From Sphagnum compactum (Eukaryota): a stretch of DNA of 64,000 nt. Position 1 is the first letter of the stretch; every line of letters begins with the position of its first letter. The notes beneath the pieces were generated by a model. That model did no database searches. It had not been told where the DNA came from and worked only from the letters and a program-made list of their open reading frames with translations. The position numbers and the translations under genes were made by a program. Shown one piece after another: positions 25,175 to 37,034 of this stretch. The DNA lies in assembly GCA_965153455.1 (NCBI GenBank), contig OZ234493.1, positions 4,960,001-5,024,000 of the forward strand, given 5' to 3'.

Positions 25175-27196
25175 GCCATCTTGCACGAATCCTTGCGGTT
25201 GGTCCATGTAGATGTCCTCCTCCTATTCCCCATTCAAAAATGCGGTCTTCACGTCCATTTGGTGAATCTCCAAGTCCGTGGCGGCTCCAATTGCAAGCAT
25301 GCATCTAATGGTCGTGAACTTGGCCACCGGGGCAAATGTCTCATTGAAGTCCACACCCGCAACTTGAGAGTACCCCTTGGCCACCAACCTTGCCTTGTGC
25401 CTCACGATATGGCCCGATGCATCCCTTTTTGTGCGAAACACCCACTTACGTCCCACACTCTTGCGATCCTTTGGAAGAGGCACCAATTCCCACGTGCCAT
25501 TGGCCATGAGTGAGCCATACTCCTCTTGCATGGCCGCCTCCCACTTGCTTGCATCCTCCGAACGCATTGCATCACACAAATTCAATGGATCATCAAGATA
25601 AGCAACATTAGCACGTTCCACATCGTGTTGGGGTAGGATGTGGTTCTTCCACCATTCTCCAAGCGGTCGCCGCTCCCTCAAGGGGTGCCTACGCTCCTCT
25701 GAGGGCTGCCCCTCTTGTTCACCACTTGTGCTTGTATCTTTAGATGGTGTTGAAGGTGTTGATGAACACCCTGGGGTTGGCGGTGCCTCTTAACTGCTTA
25801 GATCTTCTTTGGCATCACTTGCGCCCTCATCATCATCCACACAAGGTGATTTGGAAGATGTGTCCACAATCACCACATTAGGGGTCTCATTTCTCCCACT
25901 TGGATGCATCTCCAAATCATTGCCGACACTAGTGCTATCCTCCATGAACTCAACATCCCTACACTTGATGATCTTCTTGGATTGCACACACATGAGCCTA
26001 TATGCCTTGGTGCCTTCACAATACCCAAGAAACAAGCATTTTGTGCCCTTTGCATCAAGCTTACCCCTCTTCTCGTCCGGCACCATGGCATACGCAATGC
26101 ATCCAAACACATGCATGTGTGAAATGCAAGGCTTTCTCCCACTCCAGGCTTCCTCGGGTGTGATGGACGGCAACGCCCTTGATGGACATCGACTCCTTGT
26201 GTAGGCCGCATTCACCACGGCTTCCGCCCGAAGTGACTTCTTGAGGTTTTGAGCATGAAGCATGCTCCTCGCCATCTCCACAAGGGTGCGGTTTGCACGT
26301 TCCGCCATTCCGTTTTGTTGAGGCTTATACGGTGTGGAGGTTTGCTTCTCAATGCCGTGTGCCTTCAAGAAGCGCTTGAATTCCTTGGAAATGTACTCCC
26401 CTCCACTGTCCGACCGAAACACCTTGATCTTGTGCTCCGATTGTGTCTCCACAAGTGCCTTGAATTCCTTGAACTTCTCCAAGCACTCCCCTTTGGATTT
26501 CAACAAGTACACCCACACCTTCCTTGAAAAGTCATCAATGTACGTTACAAAGTACCTTGTACCACCCAAGGATGTGGTCCTCATGGGGCCACATACGTCC
26601 GAATGCACAATCTCCAAGGGCTTGGTGGCACGCATCCCTCCATCGCTTGGAAATGGTTTGTGATGTTGTTTTCCCTCAATGCACCCTTCAAAAACAAGTG
26701 AAGATGTAGGGCAAGGCATGTTTCCAAGGTTCATACCACTTACCATGTTTTGGAGCGCATGCACACCTTTGACGTTCAAATGACCGAGGCGGCAATGCCA
26801 AAGCTCCAATGCACCATCAATTGTTGAAGTTTGGGCCACGTTGGCCACATGCACCTCACACACCTTGGTGAAGGTCACTTGTTACAAGTTGCCTTCGCGT
26901 AGCGCTATTGCAATCACCTCTCCATCAAACGCCCTCACAATGCACTCAGTCATGTTGAATTGCACTTTGCACCCACTTGACAAGATTTTGCTCACCGAAA
27001 GCAAGTTGGTATGCAATTTTGGCACATGGACCACGTCCTTGATTCTAATCTTCTTGGTTCGCTCTATCACCATCACTTTCACAAGGATGGACCCCATTCC
27101 AATTGTTTCAACAATGCTATCATCACCCATATGCACGTTGCGTGTTGGAATTACCTCATACGTGTCAAATGCGGCTCTATGAGAGGTCATATGCTT

Positions 27197-30100
27197 TGAC
27201 GCGCTCCTTGCTCCCGGGGTGAACCCACTTGAGTGTTCACCAATGTGAAGTTGCGGAAAGTGGGGACCAAAGGGGCACGCTCCCGACTTCCAACTCTAGA
27301 AAGGGGTAGAGGGTCGAGTTGGGAGCCCCGGGATTAGACTAGGAAGATGGACTAGTAGATCAAGCACGAATCTGCATCCAAAACCAACTCCCGGGACTTT
27401 GAACGATCATAACTCCCGATTCTGAAATCTGATCGCAACGAGGTCTGAACCAAAGTTGTAGCCCTCGTCGAGATCTTTGCAATGCCATGTCGCACTCCCT
27501 GAGGCGACGTCGGGAAAGGGTCGATTCCCAACTTTTAGTGGTCGGGAGTCAAACTGCCAGTTTGACTCCCGGCCCTTCTTTTGCCTATAACTTGGGCTTC
27601 AGATGTCCAAATGGCCAATGCAAGGCCATTTTCGATATCTACGTTTCAAGACCTTTCCAATGACACCAAGAACACCCCAATGCGAGGTGTTTTGCCCCTT
27701 GCTATTGAGCTCTGAACATTTGAGAGTCCCGGAGGACTCCAAACCTCCAACTTTTCCAAGTGTTGGGCTTCACCCCCACACTTGGACAAAGTGGGGTTGC
27801 GACACTCTCCCCCACTAGAAGAAAGAGGTCAATGTCCTCATTGACACTTAGAATTTTCCTTCATACAATTGTAATTGCTTTCTTTTGGATCCGTGGCCAT
27901 TTGCCGACTCTTGCGGCTCGGACCTTGTCTCAAGCTAACTTAGGCGTCCCCAAGTTTCCAACACTTTCTTGACAAGTCCAAGAAGGTCTTATAGGGAACC
28001 CTCTTTCTTTGTTTCGTCAAAAGACTAAACTAGTCTAATTAACGAAGCCCTCATTTGGGAGGAACCTTTTTCCATCCTTCCCTTCATGAGGACTTAAGTC
28101 AAGTCTACTCTTGACCTAAGCTAACTAACATGATTCCTATTCCTATCTCGCGCCTTGGTCACAACAACCAAGCCTTAACTAAAAGGTTTGCTTATCAAGG
28201 TACGAGAAGCAACACTTAGGTTTGCCAAACCCAAGTCCCAAACTACACTTAAAGTATGCGAGCGGGGTCATGACTTCCCGCGTTGGCCACACTACCAACC
28301 AACCCTTTGGGATGCACTTAAGGCATGTGCATGTCCCCGCAAGCTCACCTTGCTTGCCTCCTCTTTTGGGGCCAAGTTTCCTCAACCTCAAAGTAGGAGT
28401 CCGATTTTGATTCGGGCCTACGCAAGAGAGTTCTATTTGTCCATGCCACAACCCTATTTGCCTTAACAAATTTTTCATGATACAATCTCTTGGAGGTTTT
28501 AAAGCCCTTTTTATTTCACTTGCAACTTGATGTGGTACATTTTATGAAACTCTCCCCCTCTATAAGAAAGGTGATGTCCTCATCACGCTCTACGTCTTTT
28601 CTTCGCCCGTCTAGCGTGGAATTCTTCTATGGCTTCTTGGGCATGTTCCATGTCGGATTCATTCACCCAAGAAGCCTCTATTGCATGGTAACCTTTCCAC
28701 TTAACTAAGTATTCCCGCTCCCGCCCTCTAAGTTGCCTCGATTTAAGCACGGCCTCTACCTCAAATTCTGGTTCATTATGAACCAAGTCCGGTGGAGGCC
28801 TTGAATGGTGCTCTCTATTAGGCCTCAAGGTGTCGCGGGAGACCGGCTTCAAAAGGGAAACATGAAATGTGGGATGAACTCTAAGATTTTCCGGAAGTTC
28901 TAACTTATAAGTGTCGGAAAGTTTCTTTTCCAATACTTTGAATGGACCCGCATATGGGCCCATAAACTTATGACTTAACCCTTCGGGCAACCGGAAGTTC
29001 TTTATGTTCAACCACACCTCGTCTCCTTCTTGAAACTTCACCTCTCGTCGGGACTTGTCCGCAAAATCCTTGTACCTTTTGTGCGCCTTTTCCAAGTTGG
29101 CCTTTGCCAACTCCCACAAGCGCTTTCTTTCTTCATCAAGTTGTGTGACCATTGGCACTTCCTCACTTGCATCAATCGAAGGTTGTCCTTGTGCTGCCCA
29201 AGTCATGGGCACAATTGGTGACTTGCCCGTCACCATTTGGAATGGGGTGGATCCCGTTGCGGAATGTACCGAGTTGTTGTAACAAAACTCGGCTAACTCC
29301 AAATGATCCACCCAATCTTGTTGATCCGCCGCCACATAATTCCTTAAGAATTGTTGGATCACCAAGTTCACCCTCTCGGTTTGTCCATCGGTTTGGGGGC
29401 GGAATGAAGTGCTCATTCTGAGTTCCGACCCCATTTGCTTCCACAAGGCCCTCCAAAACTTACTCGTGAACTTCGGATCCCGATCCGACACTATGTCCTT
29501 TGGAAGGCCATGATGCTTGAAAATGTGGGAGAAGAACAACCTCCCCGTCTCTTGAGCCGTGGCTTCATCCTTTGTGGGAATGAAGTGTGCCATTTTGCTA
29601 AATCGATCCACCACAACCATGATGGCATCGAACCCTTTTGAAGGGGGCAAACTTACCATAAAGTCCATTGACACACTTTCCCACGGCCCTTCGGGAATTG
29701 GCAAAGGTTGCAACAAACCCGCTTGCTTCTTGTTGAGGGTCCGGTTTTGTTGACAAGTTAAACAAGTCTTCACGTACTCCTCCGCATCATCCTTCAAGTT
29801 GGGCCAATAGTAGGACTTCTTTAGGAATGGTGTGGTGCGCTTTGCACCACCATGGCCCGCAAGCGGTCCATCGTGACATTCCTTCAAAAGTGTGTCCCTA
29901 ATTTTCCCTTCCGGCACATAGAGTCGGTTTTGCTTGTACCACAACAATCCATTTTTCAAGTGGAAGTGGGACTTGGCTCCATTTTGGATGCTTTGCCTTG
30001 CCTCCTTGGCAAAAGCATCCCGGCGGTTTGCTAATCTAACTTCCTTTTGAAGTTCCGACTCTCCCACATACACCACTCTAAGTTGGTGTTCCCGGCTCAA

Positions 30101-33100
30101 AGCATCGGGGACTATGTTCTCCTTTCCCGGCTTGTGCCGGATGTCCACATTGAACAAGGCCAATGTGTCTTGCCACCTTTGTTGTTTTGATGACAACTTG
30201 GGTTGAGTTGCGAAGTACTTCAAGGTCACATTGTCGGTCCACATCACCACATCTTTGGAGCCTATGTAATGGCCCCAAGTCTTGAGACAATGTATGACCG
30301 CCCACATTTCCTTCTCGTGAGTTGACCACCTTCGCTCCGTCTCACTCAACTTCTTGCTTTCAAAGGCCACCGGTCTTCCATCTTGCACTATGACACCCCC
30401 AATTGCAAAGTCGGAGGCGTCGGAATGGATTTCAAACTCCTTGTCAAAGTCGGGCAACTTCAACACCGGCGCCTTCACCAAAATGCCCTTCAACGTTCCA
30501 AAGGCTTCGTCGCATGCTTCATTCCAATCATAAGTGACGGCGGACTTCTTCAAGAGGTTTGTCAAAGGGGCCGCTATTCTCGCAAAGTTCTTTATGAACT
30601 TGCGATAATAGGAGGCCAATCCTAAAAAGGATCTCAAGGCGGGAACCGAGTTAGGCGGCTCCCAATCCAAAATCGCCTTGACCTTGTGATCATCCATCAT
30701 CAAACCATCTTGAGTTATCCTATGCCCAAGGAAATCCACTTCCGTCACCCCAAATTCGCACTTCTCAAGCTTGGCATACAACTTGTTTTCCCTTAGCCTT
30801 TGGAACACCTTGCGAAGGTGCTCCGCATGCTCCTCCATGGAGCTACTATAAATCAAAATGTCGTCTATGTAGACGACCACAAAATCATCAAGCCATTCGC
30901 GGAAAATGTCATTCATGAGGGTGCAAAATGTTGCGGGTGCATTGGTGAGCCCAAAGGGCATCACCAAGAACTTGTATGACCCATACCTTGTGCGACAAGC
31001 GGTCTTTTCTTCGTCCCCTTCCGCGATCCTTATTTGGTAATATCCCGAACGTAGATCAATTCTACTAAAAACCTTGGCTCCCGAGAGACGATCAAATACA
31101 TCATCGATGCGAGGTAAAGGATAACGATTTTTCACCGTTGCCTTATTGAGTGCTCTATAATCCACACACATCCTCAAAGTCCCATCCTTCTTGTGAACAA
31201 AAAGGACGGGTGCCCCATATGGTGACTTGCTTGGTTTGATGTAACCTTTCGCGAGGAGTTCCTCAAGTTGAACCTTGAGTTCCTTCAACTCCTCGTGGCT
31301 CATTCTATATGGGGCCTTGGCGGGCGGTTACACTCCCGGTATCACTTCAATCGCATGATCAACTCGTCTTCTTGGGGGCAAGTCTTCGGGCAACTCTTCG
31401 GGCATCACATCTGGGAACTCTTGTAAGACTTGCTTTATGCACTTGGCGGAAGTCACCAACTTGGTGGCTCCCTCGGGCTCATATTCGTCCAACACTCGCA
31501 TGACACACATCATGCCGAAACCCCCCACGCATTCTCTTTCCCAAGCTTTTCCTAACATGAAGTGGATGGTTGAACCACCCACACAAGGCAACTCATGTGC
31601 CTTAACTCGTACAATCCCACTTTTAGATGGGATTCTAACCAACCTATTGTGCCCTTCTATGAGCACATTGTTTTGGGTGATGAACTCCATTCCGAGAACG
31701 CAATCCATTCCACCCAAGGTGGAAACCAACAAGTCCACCTTTCCTCTCCAATTTCCCAATTGGAGAGGCACTCCCTTTGCTTGTAGTGTAGTTGGATGGG
31801 GAACCCCATCCGCGAAATGCACCTCAATGGGTGCCTTGAGCTCCTCCAAGTGGAGCTCCATCCTTTCGGCGCTCTCCCGAGTTATGAAGTTGTGGGAGGC
31901 CCCTGTGTCCAAAAGACATAAGATTTCTCGTTTAGCAATCTTCCCTTTCAAGAATATAAGTCGATTGCATTCCGGTTGGGCTAAAGTGGCATTGAGAGCA
32001 AGTACCTTAGAGCTCCCAACCCCCGTTTTGGATTTGGGACAATTTTTGGAGTAATGCCCCACCTCGTTGCAATTGAAACATGCACCCTTAGGCTTTGCTC
32101 CAAAGTTTCCCTTAGTTTGGCTCCCTTTGAAAGGAGCCCCTTTTTTCACAAAGCTACCTTTTGGCTTGAACCCCGAGCCTTGGAATTGTTTTGGCTTATC
32201 CTTGGGTGGGCTACCTTGCCCCCGGTTCCATTCCCCCTCATGCCTTGGCTTTTTGTGAAGGAACTTGTTGTCCTTCTTGAACCCGGATTTGTCGCTCCGC
32301 CCCACATCCGAGAAGTTCTCCATTTTCGTGATGGCCTCGGATAAGGAGGCGGGCCAACTCTCCTCAAGCTTTCGCTTGGCCCAAGTCGGAAGTCCCATCA
32401 CGAATTGGCACACACGATCCAACTCGTGCATGTGCCGGATCTCCAACATGAGTTCGGAATAGGCCCTCACATATTGCCTCAAATTTTCATTCGTGGCATT
32501 CACAAGGTCGCGGAGTTTGCACCTTGAGATGTAGTCGGAGTTTCTCGGAATGAACTCCGCCTCAATGCGATCCTTGAAAAACTCCCACGTATAGCCATGG
32601 TTCTTGCCCTCCTCTTGTCTCACCGTCCGCCACCATGTGGCGGCATAGCCTTTCAAGTAGGATTGGGCAAGCTCCACGGCGGAATTCCGTCCGACCTTGG
32701 TGGCATGGATATAATCATCCATTTCCGCAAGCCAAGCATCCACCACCTTACGGTCTCGGGCACCATCGAAATTCCCGGGCTTGGCCGGTTGAAACCTTTC
32801 GCCTTTGGAGGCCCCCGTTTTGAGGGCCGCCACCAACTCACCAAAGTCGGGCCTATTCATCTTGAGGAGGACTTCAAGTTGCTCCGGGGTGAATAGGACC
32901 GAGCTCCGTTGTTCCTCCTCACTCTCGGGTTCAACCTCGGGCTCATCTTGGTCCTCCCGGAAGTTTGGTTCCTCCCCAATTGATTCCGGCGAGGCTACTA
33001 GGTCATCGACGGGCTCCTCGGACCTAGGCTCTAGGGCTAGCTTCCGGTTCTTCTTGGGTGCCATCCCAAAAATGTCGTTGAGCTTCACCTTGAGCTCTGA

Positions 33101-33928
33101 TACCACGTGACGCGCTCCTTGCTCCCGGGGTGAACCCACTTGAGGGTTCACCAATGTGAAGTTGCGGAAAGTGGGGACCAAAGGGGCACGCTCCCGACTT
33201 CCAACTCTATAAAGGGGTAGAGGGTCGAGTTGGGAGCCCCGGGATTAGACTAGGAAGATGGACTAGTAGATCAAGCACGAATCTGCATCCAAAACCAACC
33301 ACAAATGGGTTAGTTCACATTCGGGAACACCCTTGGGTGTTGGGACAAGCCACGGGCACTTCGGACTACTTGACTCACCACGGCCCGGACTTGGGGGAAG
33401 CCACCACCTTCCCCCTTATAGTCATATCTGCAGCTCACCACGGAGGCTACATCCAAATGGCACATTTTGTTGGGACTCCCGAAATGGAGTCCCGAAATTG
33501 TCCCGACGGGACTCCCGGGACTTTGAACGGTCATAACTCTCGATTCTGAAATCCGATTGCAATGAGGTCTGAACCAAAGTTGTAGCCCTTGTCAAGATCT
33601 TTTCAACGCCATGTCGCACTCCCTGAAGCGACGTCGGGAAAGGGTCGATTCCCGACTTTTAGTGGTCGGGAGTCAAACTGCCAGTTTGACTCCTGGCCCT
33701 TCTTTTGCCTATAACTTGGGCTTCAGATGTCCAAATGACCAATGCGAGGCCATTTTCGATATCTACGTTTTAAGACCTTTCCAATGACACCAAGAGCACT
33801 CCAATGTAAGGTGTTTTGCTCCTTGCTGTTGAGCTCTGAACATTCGGGAGTCCCGGAGGACTCCAAACCTCCAACTTTTGCAAGTGTTGGGCTTCACCCT
33901 CACACTTGGACAAAGTGGGGTTGCGACA
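27197..33928 (-). mobile_element. Full-length chromodomain Ty3/Gypsy (chromovirus, probably Tcn1-like), TSD TGCTT; 5' LTR 33108-33928, 3' LTR 27197-27804 (about 213-bp deletion)
   Basis: PBS TGGTATCAGAGC 33094-33105; PPT AGTGGGGGAGAG 27805-27816; TG...CA LTRs; domain order gag-PR-RT-RH-INT-chromo. Confidence 0.97.
28583..33064 (-). pseudogene. Gypsy Gag-Pol with C-terminal chromodomain; one in-frame TAA at 31328-31330
   Basis: MAPKK start at 33064; CCHC knuckle, LLDTGA, YIDD, DAS, GPY motif, FEVEAVL...[19 protein letters not shown] is in frame. Confidence 0.95.
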
Positions 33929-35758
33929 TGCTTGGTGGCTCCCGAGTCCATGATCCACTTGCATATGGCCTTGCAATGGTCTCCATCCTTTGTTGCAAAG
34001 GAATAGTCATCATCGTCCTTGGCTTTGTTGGCATTCTCCTTCTCCTTGTTGTTGTTCCTGGCCTTGAAGCAAAATCGTGCAATGTGGCCCGGTTTGCCAC
34101 AATAGTGCGTCTTGGTGTCTTTGCGTGTAGATGTGGTCCCTCCTCTTCCTTGCGTTGACACCATCGCCGCATCGTCACCTTGTGGCTCCTTTTCCCTCCT
34201 CTTGGACACTTCATGCATCAATCGTGTGGTCACAAAATCCATGGTGAGGTTTTGCATGGGCAAGGTTTCCAAGGCGGTGATTAGCTACTCGTAGGAGGGT
34301 GGCAAGCTCTCAAGCAAGGTCATCACAACATCCTCATCCCTCACGGGCACCTCCAAACAAGCAAGTTGATCCGCAAGCGCCTTGACCTTGTTCATGTGGT
34401 CTAGAAGGTCCTCTCCCTCCTGCATCTTGCACGTGAAGAACCTGCGGCGAATGAAGAGTATGTTGGACAAGCTCCGCGTCTCGTGGATGTTGCAAAGTGT
34501 CTTCCATGCCTCCGTGGGTCCCTTGCACCTTTTGATGTGGTGAAGTTGACTATCCACCAAGTTGATGCCAATGGTGGACATGGCCTTCTTCGCACGCCGT
34601 TGGTACTCCTTGATGACTTTGGGGTCCGCATTGGATGGTGGAGCCTCTTCGGACCCGTCAACAATCTCCCAAAGGTCCATGGAGGCCAACACCATCTCCA
34701 TCTTGAACTTCCAAAGGTTGAAGTTTTCCCCATTGAACTTGTCAATGACTTTAGCGCTCTCTCTCAAACGATGCCATTTTGCACTCAAATCCGACCTCTC
34801 TACCCACTTATGCGCTCAACCAAATGTTAATTAGTACTTAATGAGCACTTTTACATGCAATTGCCTCAATGCACTCTCAAATGTGCTTCAATCACTCAAA
34901 TGCATACGAATGCACCTCATAAACACACTCTAGCACCTAGAAGGCTCAATTGTGTACAAATGCACCTTCAATCAAAAAAATTTAGCCTTGAATGGCTCCC
35001 ACTTGCATCAATGCCTTCTCAAACACTCAAAATGCACTCAACCAACTCAAATCAAGTGCTCTATGAATCAAATGTGCACAAATACACCTCAATGACTCAA
35101 ATCAAGACTTACAATGTTGGAATGTGCACACATGCACATCCAATGCCTCCAAATACCTCCAAAGAGCACCAATCAAGCACTTGTGCACCTCTAAATTCCA
35201 AATGGCCTCCAAAACCTCAAAGCTCCTCCAAAGTTCTTCAAAACCCCTCCAAGGCTCTAAAAGTGCCTCCAAAACCCTCAAAAGTGCAAACTTGCACATC
35301 CAACACACACAAACCCTCAAGATCTCTCTCAATGCACACAAACCTCTAATCATGCAATTCGCATGTGTGAGCCCATAACCTATTGGAAATTACAAAGGTT
35401 ATATGCTTTATTGCTACAATCATATAACTATGGCTTGTAATATCTAACAAGGCTTGAAGCTTCTATGTGCACTCAAAAACCATAAAAGAGAGAATAAAAG
35501 ACTCCTCAAAACCAAACCCTTATATACTATCTACTAACCCTAAAGTAGCCACTTAACCCTAACCTAGCCGCCGCCTAACCCTAGCCCCCACCAAACCCTA
35601 ACCCTAGCCGTCACCAAGCCCTAATCCTAGCCGCCGCCAAACCCTAACCCTAGCCGTCACCAAGCCCTCTCAAATCTACCTATGTCTTTGATTGCTTGCA
35701 ACACTTATCTACCACATCATTATCTATGTTTCTAACATCTACATCATAATCTTCAACA

Positions 35759-37034
35759 ATATTGAAGCGTTTTCGAATGGAGGAATGTAAGCCCATTCGA
35801 GTTCCATTGGATCCCAAGGTGAAGTTACAAAGGAATGCGAATGGAAATGATGAATCAAAGGGATTTCCATATCAACAAGCGGTTGGGTCTTTGATGTATG
35901 CCATGTTTGCACACGACCCGACTTGGCATACCCCATAAGCATGTTGAGTCAACACATGGCGAAACCCTAACATGGAGCATTGGATGGCCGTCAAACGAAT
36001 CTTTCGATATTTGCAAGGTACATTGCAAATGAAATTACAATTTGGTGCAACACCATCCAAGGAAGTTCTTGGATATTGCGATGCGGATTGGGGTGGTGAT
36101 CTTGAAGATAGGAGGTCCACCACAGGGTTTGTTTTCATGATCGGAGGGGGAGCCATTTCTTGGAGTAGCAAATAACAACCTACAATAACATTGTCCACCA
36201 CGGAAGCCGAATACATGGCGAACACGCAAGCCACAAAAGAAGCCATATGGGTAACAAAATTGATGATGAATTTAGGATACATGGAGGAGAAAAAAATGAT
36301 GGTGATTCGATGTGACAATCAAGGTGCGATATCATTGACCAAGAATCCCACTCACCATGCACGAACAAAACACATTGATGAACAACATCATTTTGTTTGA
36401 GAACGAGTTGAAAATGGAGAAGTTCGATTTCAATATTGTCCAACCGAACACATGGTGGCGGATGTCCTTACGAAGGCATTATCAAAAAAACGACATCATA
36501 AGTTGATAAACATGTTCGGATTAGAAAGTTCATAGAGTGGGAGTGTTAGAAATACTATTCGTTTCTAATTCGCAATGTTGATGAATGTGTTAAACATTCA
36601 TCAAAAGGATGAATAGTATTCACATCCTTGTAGTAGTTAGGTTAGGGTTTAGAAGTGGAGACTACTTAGCGTTTGGCGGCGGCTAGGGTTAGGGTTTGGT
36701 GGCAGCTAGGGTTAGGTGGCGACTAGGGTTAGGGTTTGGTGGCGGCTACGGTTAGGGTTTGGCGACGGCTAGGTTAGGGTTATGTGGCGGTTACTTTAGG
36801 GTTAGGAGATAGTATATAATGGAGTGGTTTTGAGTTGTCTTTCATTCTCTCCTTTCATGGTTTTTGAGTGCACATAGAACCTTCAAGCTTTGTTAGTTGT
36901 TGCAAGCCATAGTTTTGTGATTGTAACATTTGAAGCATACAACCTTTGTAATCTTCTTGTTAGTTAATACAATTGTTCCATTTCATGAACCTTGAAGCTT
37001 TCATTTCTTGTTTGTTTTCAAGTTGTTTCCAATA
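35759..37034 (+). mobile_element. 3' half of a family A element (RT/RH remnant, PPT, 3' LTR 36544-37034), inserted in the repeat tract of another A LTR
   Basis: Starts ATATTGAAGCG (ILKR); frameshifts and stops; stop at 36533-36535. Confidence 0.92.

Larger units (their letters stand above)
25175..35758 (-). mobile_element. Copia family C element (5' LTR 35381-35758, PBS, long UTR, gag from about 34788, protease split by a Gypsy insertion, integrase, RT truncated at 25175)
   Basis: ORFs 34285..34788, 33763..34272, 26882..27190, 25790..26878, 25223..25681; DSGATKH|MTSH rejoins across TSD TGCTT; LTR TGTTGAAG...CCAATA. Confidence 0.93.

Noticed and set aside
31328-31330. Programmed read-through stop between gag-pro and pol
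   Set aside because: It lies in a normally coding stretch just before RT; a point mutation is simpler. Sister copies would settle it.
34855-35378. 164-aa and overlapping ORFs in the family C leader
   Set aside because: Repetitive, compositionally biased UTR with no recognisable domain.
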